From the NCBI RefSeq assembly GCF_006345805.1, contig NC_043004.1, forward strand, positions 36,766,001 to 36,830,000: a stretch of 64,000 nt of DNA, given 5' to 3'. The stretch comes from Octopus sinensis (Eukaryota). Within the stretch, counting starts at the first letter, position 1. The number at the start of each line of letters is the position of its first letter. Shown one piece after another: positions 1 through 10,080 of this stretch. A model generated the notes under the pieces. That model was not told where the DNA came from, searched no databases, and worked only from the letters and a program-made list of their open reading frames with translations. The position numbers and the translations under genes were made by a program.

Positions 1-553
1 CATTGATCTTGGCCAACTAAAGTGAAGTTTATGATCAAATAAGAGATGGTGTATGGATGATGACGAAATAACGAGTGAGGTTAAAAGAAATCACAAGTAC
101 AGGATGAGATTTTGTCTAAAAGATTAAAAAAAAACAAGATACCAAAAGCTTACATAGTGCAAGATAACAGAGAATGCAGTGTTTGATGGATACAACGCAA
201 GTTAATTTATGAAAAAATTCCAATAACAACTGCAAAACACCAAACTGCAAAATTCTAAACACTCCATAAAACACATAAATACGCATACAGACATACATGC
301 ATACGCGTATGTATGTCCCTCTTAAGTGTATGTTTGTGTAGATGTCTATATTATACACAAGAGTATGGTTATAATTGCGTGTGTGCCCATGTGTACATGT
401 ATGTGTGTTTCCTTGTGAGTACGAGTAGTTGTAACATATTTCTGGATTTTAAAATAATTCTCAATGCAGAAAAGAATTATAGCTTCTTAGACATTAAAAC
501 GTGAGTGATCTCTGAGAATCAGACCCACATTCCTTTGCCTAAACTACTTTAAG

Positions 554-618
554 CCTACATTTGGAAAATGTGACCTACATTTGGAAAGAATGACCTACAT
601 TTGGAAAGAGTGACCTAC
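554..618. repeat. 20-bp tandem minisatellite (CCTACATTTGGAAAGAGTGA, ~3.2 copies)
   Basis: CCTAC starts recur at 554, 574, 594 and 614 with 1-2 substitutions per unit. Confidence 0.85.
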
Positions 619-1288
619 TTTACAATTATTTCAGTTGGAAAGTGGTTAGCGTTGTAAGGTCAGACCATATGTAATCGGTGTGGGTCATGGTGAGAAACTT
701 GAAACCGTCTCTGAACTCAGCTAAAATACGATTGAAGAATAAGTTCACGAATAAGGTTCCTCAGACTGAAAATCTAGGAAATTGTCACAGTTTAAAATGC
801 ATTCCTATCCTTAAAATGATACGTATTCTGTATACGCATGACCAACCGGCCTGAAAACATCGTTGAGGGATGGAGGAGAAAGAAGATTCGAAGACATAAG
901 GATATAAATACTCTGTGAACCATTCTGGCTGTTTGAGGGGAAATAAAGGAACTTGCTTCTACTCATCTCAAAACCTCCGACTCTCTTAAAAAGTAAAGCT
1001 TACGTGATTTGTGTTTAAGGAGAAAATTGTTGCTTGTATTCACTAACTTAGCAATTCTTCGAACCAATGAAAGCTCATTCAAGAGGTTGCTTAGTGTGCT
1101 AGGAATTGCAGCAGAATCACCCTCAATTCACGTCCTACCGATTAAAAAAAAAAAGAAAAAGGATCGGCACTTTTAATCGTGTAGTCTTTGATATATAATA
1201 CGACGACATGGTCAGGCGTGAAATATCTTTCATTATTTTCTTTTTTTTCATTTCAGTTAGGAATACCATAGAGTGAGGGTTAACTAAC

Positions 1289-1900
1289 AATCCGTCTTTA
1301 ACTCCTCCGTGAATCCGTAGGAGCTTCATCAGATGGTAGCAAGGACGAAGATGCTCGGCAACAAAACTCTACAAACCAAAGCTGACTTTTAACCTAATTC
1401 GAATGATGACGTATTCAAAATTTGATGTAGCTAACTGCAACAACTGTAACCGGCCAAAGTAGATTAATCCGTTCTTGCTTCAGTCAATATCAGAGAATTT
1501 AATAAATTCCGCCGTAAATGAGTTAAATGCCTTATTTAAACAGGCAGACTTGTGGCGATTTTATAAGTGGAGAGGTTTACTTTTAGAAGGAAACCTAAAT
1601 GTCTGGTTTGAAAGAAATTCCGGCAATTAAAGTTGCAGAATCGTTACAATTGTAGATGTAGACTATTTGATGCTAGAAGGAAACATAATCGATGGAAACT
1701 ACTCATTTCTCCTAATGTAATTGATAGCGTAAGGAGGAGTTTAAATTTATTAGTTCATAAACTCCATTTATGGAAGTCGTCCAAATACTATTACCTTTGT
1801 AAGAACGGCTAACACGTCCTATTGATCCATTCAGCTGTGGAGTTTTGAGCTGCAAAATGTATTGCAATGAACTCCATAATCGGAGGTTATTAACTAATAC
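1289..1900 (-). mobile_element. Heavily decayed Penelope-like element (RT remnant plus degenerate hammerhead)
   Basis: Minus-strand translation with many stops gives YLDDF..VYELINLNSSLRYQ (1773-1787 = YLDDF), resembling the PLE RT YxDD region. Downstream is CTGATGA-A-GCTCCT...AGGAGT-TAAA at 1289-1338. Confidence 0.4.
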
Positions 1901-2137
1901 ACGGCAAGTAATACTTCATTAATTTCACCAAGTTTCTGCGAAATGACCGAACTTAATATCCGTTTATTTCTCATTCTTGAATTAGTCTACACAAAGACAT
2001 TAATACACTAATATACGTACACACACACGCACACACACACATATATATATATATATACTATGTACTTGCATATATATATGTCTATATGGAAAACTATGGA
2101 AGAAAGACTGATAGAAGGCGGAGTGGGGGCAACTTAC

Positions 2138-2296
2138 ATAATTGACAGCCAGGTCCCCAGTAATCGTCTGCACATCCTGAATAACAAGTTCCGTCCAACT
2201 TATCGCAAGGTTCATCTCTTTGACAATGGCATTTAAATTTGCATTTATATCCAAAATACTGGCTGGAGCATTTGCCTTGTAATTCATCAATCGATT
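2138..2296 (-). CDS. Internal coding exon encoding an EGF-like (MEGF10/SCARF-type) repeat: ESIDELQGKCSSQYFGYKCKFKCHCQRDEPCDKLDGTCYSGCADDYWGPGCQL
   Basis: 8-Cys C..YFG..C...CHC.....C....G.C..GC...YWG..C pattern. Acceptor TTTTTTTTCCAG and donor T|GTAAGT. Length 159 nt, symmetric phase 1-1 as is typical of EGF modules. Confidence 0.9.
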
Positions 2297-2624
2297 CTGG
2301 AAAAAAAAACAAAAAGACAAAAATGTAAAACTTTATAAGAATTTAAAACCAGATAGATTAGGAATATATATTATATGTAATGACATCATATGAACGAGTA
2401 AATTCATAGAAAGTTTATATCTGTGTAAGTAAGTTCGTTAAGTGATTAGTTCAGTTGATAAAAAAAGACAGAATGCAAAACTATTTTAACCTACTTTGTT
2501 AAATCTGCAGAACATTTCCCATCAAAATAAAAATCAAAATCATAGAATTCTGTTTATACACACAAATACAGTTTTCAATACATCAGTATAAGCATACGGA
2601 CATATGTGCCTGCATGTCTGTATA

Positions 2625-3025
2625 TATACACACACACACACACATTCATTCGAATGCGTGTGTCTATGTGTGTACGCATGTATGTGTACACACACAAGCA
2701 CACGCACACATATATATGGACAAAAATATAAGATAGCATATTTTATATACACACACACACACACATTCATTCGAATGTGTGTGTGTACGCATGTATGTGT
2801 ACACACACAAGCACACGCACACATATATATGGACAACAATATAAGATAGCATATTTTATATACCCACACACACATTCATTCGAATGTGTGTGTATGTGTG
2901 TACGCATGTATGTGTACACACACAAGCACACGCACACGTATATATGGACAACAATATAAGATAGCATATTTTATATACCCACACACACATTCATTGTATG
3001 TGTGTATGCATGTATGTGTACACAC
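2625..3025. repeat. ~115-bp tandem repeat built from (CA)n/(TG)n blocks, ~3.5 copies
   Basis: CATTCATTCGAATG...ATGGACAA(C/A)AATATAAGATAGCATATTTTATA recurs three times, plus a partial fourth copy. Confidence 0.85.
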
Positions 3026-3260
3026 ACAACAGCATATATACTTGCACGCACATACAGACGCATATATGTACATATGTGTTAGTGTGGGGGCGGGTGAGTG
3101 CGCGTGCATGTGTTGCATGCAAGTTTGAATGTATGTATTTGTGTGTATGAACGTTTATATGCGTGTGTATATGTGTGTGTGAGTGCGAGTGTGTATGTAA
3201 TGTTTTGAAGTAATGGGTTTACGCTTCATCAATCATTATTTTTATTACCATCAATATATA

Positions 3261-3342
<82 letters not shown>

Positions 3343-3824
3343 CGTATATCTATATATATAAAAACATTCATACACACACATGTATGTATGCTTGTGTGTA
3401 TGCATGCATGTATCTATGTATGTATGTATGTGTATGTATATATAAATATATATATATATACATCTTACTGATGTGCATAAAGTTATAAAGCAAATATTTA
3501 ATAAACCTAATAAATACTAAAACATCTCAATGATCAGTAAATTACGTTTTACTTCCATTTCTAAAAGCGCACCAACATAAAACGTGAACGCCGTCTCTAA
3601 TAGAACGCAGCTTAGAGCGGTGGATTGATTTTTCTTCAGTTTCTATGTTCTACAGTTAACACATGATATACTTCCTCTTCACGCTAGAAAATATACATCC
3701 ATTTTACTTTGAAAATTCATGCACCATTACTAGCATATACACACGCATCAGTATATCTATACAATATATCTGTCCCTGTAAATATATGATGCGTGTTTAT
3801 ACCATATATCCATATATATATATA

Positions 3825-3856
<32 letters not shown>

Positions 3857-3875
3857 ATGTGTGTGTGTAATACAC

Positions 3876-3969
<94 letters not shown>

Positions 3970-4084
3970 ATATATATGTAGATATATGTGCGTATCTGTG
4001 TATATATATATATAAACATATACACACATATGTACATATATTCATGTATGTACGTATATGTGTGTGTATATCTTTTATCTTTTA

Positions 4085-4310
4085 CTTTTATCTTTTGCTT
4101 TTGTCAGACATTGGACTGCAGCCAAGCAGCGGCACAGACTTGATTGATTTTAGTCGAACGTATCGACCCCAGTACTTCTTTTTCAAAACCTGTTATTCAT
4201 TTTATCGAATACTTACGCCGATCTGCAATGTTACGGGGACATAAAGAAAGCAATGTCGGTTGTCAAGCGGTGGTGCTTACAAACGTAGAGGCAAACACAC
4301 ACGCGCATTC
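4085..4310 (-). mobile_element. Decayed SINE (family also at 42200 and, in opposite orientation, 60855)
   Basis: Shares GACTGC(A/G)GCCA...ATCGACCCCAGTACTT...GTTGTCAAGCG with 42200-42400; reverse complement matches 60855-61068. Confidence 0.6.
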
Positions 4311-4434
4311 ACAGACACATACATACGCACACGGGCAGATAAAAAGACGGACAGACAGATAGATATGTGTGTGCTGTATACGTGTGTGAGTAGGTGTGTA
4401 TGCGTGTGTGTGCATGCGTGCATATACACACATC

Positions 4435-4505
4435 CATATATATATAATATATATATATATATATAATATATATATATATAATATATATATAATATATATA
4501 CATAT

Positions 4506-4539
<34 letters not shown>

Positions 4540-4612
4540 ATATATATATATATATAATATATATAATATATATATATACATAAATATATAACATATATAT
4601 ATATATACATAA

Positions 4613-4655
<43 letters not shown>

Positions 4656-4685
4656 ACATATATATACATATATATATATATATGC

Positions 4686-4747
<62 letters not shown>

Positions 4748-4803
4748 CAATATATATATATACATATATATATATACATTATATATATACATATATATAT
4801 ATA
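4435..4803. repeat. Long (TA)n microsatellite
   Basis: Direct inspection; source of the spurious poly-YI ORFs. Confidence 0.95.
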
Positions 4804-5043
4804 CCCACTCCTTTCAATGTTATTTCTTTTATACGTCTGTGCGTGTTTCATTGTTACATGGGAATTATGTGTTTATATGAAGGAATAGGTGCATATATAC
4901 ATGCATAAACACATACAGACGTACACATGTGTGTAGGTGTGTGTGTGTAAACGAAAATAGTTATGGCTGGTCTAGAGATTCATTCTGAGTTTCATGTGCA
5001 GAAAATACTTAGCCTTACGACGATTCTTCATATTCTTCTTGTT

Positions 5044-5124
5044 GGACGTCCCGACGAGAAGTTAATCGTAAGGGAGTGTCTCTCCTTAGGTCGCTATCAG
5101 TAGTCGAAACGGTCGGCTTGTCAA
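5044..5124 (+). ncRNA. Degenerate type I hammerhead-like motif in a PLE-type remnant (4960-5270)
   Basis: CCGACGA (CUGACGA with U4C), long stem II containing the TAAGG..CCTTA hairpin closed by GA/TC, then GAAAC-G-GTC. Stem I pairing is imperfect. Confidence 0.45.
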
Positions 5125-5282
5125 TGCCAGGACTTCAGTAGGTATTGTGTGTGGGCATTGTTCGAAATGTCGAAGACCCTCCGTTTTTACTGAACGTCAA
5201 ACTAATACATTCCTTGCGCATGTCTTCTTGTCTGTTGTTGTAATTTCATTGTTCGTTTCTTTGAATTGACTACACACACACA

Positions 5283-5313
<31 letters not shown>

Positions 5314-5319
5314 TATAAT

Positions 5320-5358
<39 letters not shown>

Positions 5359-5412
5359 TTCATATATATATATATATTCATAATATATATATATATATAT
5401 ATATATAAACTC

Positions 5413-5810
5413 TAGTGTAGGTAGTTACCGAATGTCTCTCATTAAGAGATTTACAAATAGTAATTTTCTATTTTATTAGATTAGTGGCTGTGTGTCACTT
5501 TGCAAACTATATATTTCGAACAAGAATTTAGCTGCACCACCTCCAGACAAACAGATATTCTGTGGTGATGAAGAGAAATAACCCAGAAATCGGGATACAC
5601 AAATATTGTTTTGCGCAGAGTGTCAGAAAATATAAGAACACGAATAGTGTGTCGTATAGCCAGCGGGAGACGATGTTTCCTAGGGCTAAACAGCAGTAAC
5701 ATTCATCCTAACCAGGACTGCTACGTTATGTTGGCAAATAATCTTTACTGTAGAGTATTGTTACTGAATGTCTCTCGTTGAGAGACTTACAATAGTAATT
5801 TTCTATTTCA
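5413..5810. repeat. Two ~60-bp diverged direct repeats (5413-5472, 5748-5810) bracketing ~275 bp
   Basis: GTTAC(C/T)GAATGTCTCTC(A/G)TT(A/G)AGAGA(T/C)TTACAA(A)TAGTAATTTTCTATTT in both copies; block flanked by (TA)n. Confidence 0.75.
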
Positions 5811-6028
5811 TATATATGTTATATATATATATAATATATATATTATATAATAATATATAATTATATATACCATTAAGGACTGAACACGAAAAGGTGGACA
5901 GTCAACATGCTAGATATAGACGTCAAATCGCCATTCTCCACAAAGATTTTGTTCTCAAATAAAAATAAAATTCAGCACGACCTAAAGCAATGGATGAGAC
6001 AAAGAAAAATACTAAATGGAATAATTAC

Positions 6029-6085
6029 CTACGTACAGTTTCAGCTATTAATATCACAAGGATATCTGTAACTTCATCAGCGTAG
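6029..6085 (-). ncRNA. Type I hammerhead ribozyme, copy 1 (helix III loop shortened: GAAAC-U-GUA)
   Basis: Reverse complement CTACG-CTGATGA-AGTTA...TAGCT-GAAACTGTA-CGTAG; 3 nt shorter than the other copies. Confidence 0.7.
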
Positions 6086-6525
6086 TTTGTTATGAGCATA
6101 ATATGCTGTACTAGATGAAAAACGTACCGGGAGTCCCGCATGCAAAAAGTTACAACCTATACGTTCGGATGCATCTTTCGAATGCCTCTACTTTTGGCGC
6201 GCTGATAATCGAAAAACTAGCCCGCAGTTAATAAATTAGGCAGCATCAATTTATCGGTTTGAGAACATATATTTCATATTTAAAAATTAAGGGTAGAAAT
6301 TGATATTAGTCAATTAAAACAGTGGTCTAGCACATTAAAAAGAATCCGAGATTAAATTTATATATACCAATTAGGACTGAACACGAAAAGGTGGACAGTC
6401 AACATGCTAGATATAGACGTCAAATCGCCATTCTCCACAAAGATTTTGTTCTCAAATAAAAATAAAATTCAGCACGACCTAAAGCAATGGATGAGACAAA
6501 GAAAAATACTAAATGGAATAATTAC

Positions 6526-6583
6526 CTACGTACTGCAGTTCAGCTATTAATATCACAAGGAATCTGTAACTTCATCAGCGTAG
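6526..6583 (-). ncRNA. Type I hammerhead ribozyme, copy 2 (core A missing: GAAC)
   Basis: Same fold; single-base deletions in GAAA and in stem II, either real decay or read error. Confidence 0.6.
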
Positions 6584-7025
6584 TTTGTTATGAGCATAAT
6601 ATGCTGTACTAGATGAAAAACGGTACCGGAGTCCCGCATGCAAAAAGTACAACCTATTACGTTCGGATGCATCTTTCGAATGCCTCTACTTTTGGCGCGC
6701 TGATAATCGAAAAACTAGCCCGCAGTAATAATATTAGCAGCCAATTTATCGGTTTGAGAACATATATTTCATATTTAAAAATTAAGGGTAGAAATTGATA
6801 TTAGTCAATTAAAACCAGTGGTCTAGCACATTAAAAAGAATCCGAAGATTAAAATATTTATATATACCAATTAAGGACTGAACACGAAAAGGTGGACAGT
6901 CAACATGCTAGATATAGACGTCAAATCGCCATTCTCCACAAAGATTTTGTTCTCAAATAAAAATAAAATTCAGCACGACCTAAAGCAATGGATGAGACAA
7001 GAAAAATACTAAATGGAATAATTAC

Positions 7026-7084
7026 CTACGTACTGCAGTTTCAGCTATTAATATCACAAGGATATCTGAACTTCATCAGCGTAG
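7026..7084 (-). ncRNA. Type I hammerhead ribozyme, copy 3 (core intact)
   Basis: CTACG-CTGATGA-AGTT(.)CAG...TAGCT-GAAACTGCAGTA-CGTAG on the minus strand; 1-nt deletion in stem II. Confidence 0.8.
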
Positions 7085-7384
7085 TTTGTTATGAGCATAA
7101 TATGCTGTACTAGATGAAAAACGGTACGGAGTCCCGCATGCAAAAAGTACAACCTATTACGTTCGGGCATCTTTCGAATGCCTCTACTTTTTAAATATGA
7201 AATATATGTTCTAAAACCGATAAATGACTGCTGCTAATTTATTAACTGCGGGCTAGTTTTTCGATTATCAGCGCGCCAAAAGTAGAGGATTCGAAAGATG
7301 CATCCGAACGTAATAGTTGTACTTTTTGCATGCGGGACTCCGGTACCGTTTTTCATCTAGTACAGCATATTATGCTCATACAAA

Positions 7385-7444
7385 CTACGCTGATGAGTTA
7401 CAGATATCCTTGTGATATTAATAGCTGAAACTGCAGGTACGTAG
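7385..7444 (+). ncRNA. Type I hammerhead ribozyme, copy 4
   Basis: CTACG-CTGATGA-GTTA...TAGCT-GAAACTGCAGGTA-CGTAG; one base lost after CUGAUGA, one gained in helix III. Confidence 0.7.
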
Positions 7445-7888
7445 GTAATTATTCCATTTAGTATTTTTCTTTTGTCTCATCCATTGCTTTAGGTCGTGCT
7501 GAATTTTATTTTTATTTGAGAACAAAATCTTTGTGGAGAATGGCGATTTGACGTCTATATCTAGCATGTTGACTGTCCACCTTTTCGTGTTCAGTCCTTA
7601 AGGTATATATAAATATTTTAATCTTCGGATTCTTTTTAATGTGCTAGACCACTGGTTTTAATTGACTAATATCAATTTCTACCTTAATTTTTAAATATGA
7701 AATATATGTCTCAAACCGATAAATTGACTGCTGCTAATTTATTAACTGCGGGCTAGTTTTTCGATTATCAGCGCGCCAAAAGTAGAGGCATTCGAAAGAT
7801 GCATCCGAACGTAATAGGTTGTACTTTTTGCATGCGGGACTCCGGTACCGTTTTTCATCTAGTAACAGCATATTATGCTCATAACAAA

Positions 7889-7950
7889 CTACGCTGATGA
7901 AGTTACAGATATCCTTGTGATATTAATAGCTGAAACTGCAGAGTACGTAG
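7889..7950 (+). ncRNA. Type I hammerhead ribozyme, copy 5
   Basis: Core intact; 2-nt insertion in the helix III loop (GAAACTGCAGAGTA). Confidence 0.75.
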
Positions 7951-8391
7951 GTAATTATTCCATTTAGTATTTTTCTTTTGTCTCATCCATTGCTTTAGGT
8001 CGTGCTGAATTTTATTTTTATTTGAGAACAAAATCTTTGTGGAGAATGGCGATTTGACGTCTATATCTAGCATGTTGACTGTCCACCTTTTCGTGTTCAG
8101 TCCTTAATTGGTATATATAAATATTTTAATCTTCGGATCTTTTAATGTGCTAGACCACTGGTTTTAATTGACTAATATCAATTTACCCTTAATTTTTAAT
8201 ATGAAATATAGTTCTCCAAACCGATAAATTGACTGCTGCTAATTTATTAACTGCGGGTTAGTTTTTCGATTATCAGCGCGCCAAAAGTAGAGGCATTCGA
8301 AAGATGCATCCGAACGTAATAGGTTGTACTTTTTGCATGCGGGACTCCGGTACCGTTTTTCATCTAGTACAGCATATTTGCTCATAACAAA

Positions 8392-8450
8392 CTACGCTGA
8401 TGAAGTTACAGATATCCTGTGATATTAATAGCTGAAACTGCAGTACGTAG
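8392..8450 (+). ncRNA. Type I hammerhead ribozyme, copy 6 (core intact)
   Basis: Consensus except for 1 nt missing from loop 2. Confidence 0.8.
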
Positions 8451-8893
8451 GTAATTATTCCATTTAGTATTTTTCTTTTGTCTCATCCATTGCTTTCGTC
8501 GTGCTGAATTTTATTTTTATTTGAGAACAAAATCTTTGTGGAGAATGGCGATTTGACGTCTATATCTAGCATGTTGACTGTCCACCTTTTCGTGTTCAGT
8601 CCTTAATTGGTATATATAAATATTTTAATCTTCGGATTCTTTTTAATGTGCTAGACCACTGGTTTTAATTGACTAATATCAATTTCTACCCTTAATTTTT
8701 AATATGAAATATATGTTCTCAAACCGATAAATTGACTGCTGCTAATATTAACTGCGGGCTAGTTTTTCGATTATCAGCGCGCCAAAAGTAGAGGCATTCG
8801 AAAGATGCATCCGAACGTAATAGGTTGTACTTTTTGCATGCGGGACTCCGGTACCGTTTTTCATCTAGTACAGCATATTATGCTCATAACAAA

Positions 8894-8953
8894 CTACGCT
8901 GATGAAGTTACAGATATCCTTGTGATATTAATAGCTGAAACTGCAGTACGTAG
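8894..8953 (+). ncRNA. Type I hammerhead ribozyme, copy 7 (consensus); predicted cleavage after 8948 (GUA)
   Basis: CTACG|CTGATGA|AGTTA-CA-GATATC-CTTGT-GATATT-AA-TAGCT|GAAA|C-TGCA-G|TA|CGTAG. Stem I CTACG/CGTAG, extended by ATAA/TTAT after an internal loop. Stem II AGTTA/TAGCT plus GATATC/GATATT. Palindromic helix III. Confidence 0.85.
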
Positions 8954-9200
8954 GTAATTATTCCATTTAGTATTTTTCTTTTGTCTCATCCATTGCTTTA
9001 GGTCGTGTGCTGAATTTTATTTTTATTTGAGAACAAAATCTTTGTGGAGAATGGCGATTTGACGTCTATATCTAGCATGTTGACTGTCCACCTTTTCGTG
9101 TTCAGTCCTTAATTGGTATATATAAATATTTTAATCTTCGGATTCTTTTTAATGTGCTAGACCACTGGTTTTAATTGACTAATATCAATTTCTACCCTTA

Positions 9201-9247
<47 letters not shown>

Positions 9248-9987
9248 AATATATATACATACATATGTATGTATATATTTGTACATATGTACAAATATAT
9301 GCATATATATATATATATAATATATATATATATATTCTTATGTATATGCATATATATTTGTACGTATGTATATTTATAGACATCTTTCCTTATTTAAATT
9401 TATATATATACATATATCGATATATAGAATAAGGATTAAAATCACATTAGTGATAATTACCATGTAGTCAGTATAGAAATAAGCGATTTATATATTAAAT
9501 TGGTAATTATATATATTTATTTATTTAAAGGGAGAAATCTCATTAGCGCGCTTTCAATCGCATGTATTTATGGAGTTTTTTTTTATGTAGCTTCGTAATG
9601 ATTGGCCATTAACTCAGTATGGAGGAAATAAGTCTTGTTTCGACTTTTTGGGCATACAATAATTATATATAAAATTATAAATTTTAAATACAAACATACA
9701 TACGTATATATATATATAAATTTGTTATAGATAAATAGGGATAAATCGTTATTTAAAATAATCACATCAAGTGACCAGCATGGAAAAAAACCTCATACGT
9801 AATAATTATTATTAAAATTATAATCAAGTCTATCTAAGAGAAACCAGCATACATACATACATACATACATACATACATACATACATACACACACACACGT
9901 ACGTACGTACGTACATACATACATACATACTACATACATACATACATACATACATACATACATACTCATACAGACATACATACATAC

Positions 9988-10069
<82 letters not shown>

Positions 10070-10080
10070 TGAGTACTGAT

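Larger units (their letters stand above)
5862..9206. mobile_element. Tandem array of ~500-nt hammerhead-containing units (retrozyme / Penelope pLTR-like): ~2.6 units in one orientation, then ~4 inverted
   Basis: AGGAC anchors at 5876, 6373 and 6874 (periods 497, 501); ribozyme starts at 7385, 7889, 8392 and 8894 (periods 504, 503, 502). Orientation switches in the T-run at 7188-7192. (TA)n on both flanks. No long ORF. Confidence 0.85.

Noticed and set aside
3663-4888. Long ORFs rich in YI/CV/HT repeats (also at 28216-28749, 46283-46647, 55700-56152 and elsewhere)
   Set aside because: Translations of (TA)n, (TG)n and (CA)n microsatellites; no coding signal.
7188-7278. Sequencing adapter at the inversion point
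   Set aside because: The loop is native unit sequence joined by T-run microhomology and no foreign sequence is visible. A read-level fold-back artefact still cannot be fully excluded.
5862-9206. CRISPR array or plain satellite interpretation of the 500-nt repeat
   Set aside because: No unique spacers and the DNA is eukaryotic. The conserved hammerhead fold and (TA)n-anchored ends argue for a retroelement-type repeat.
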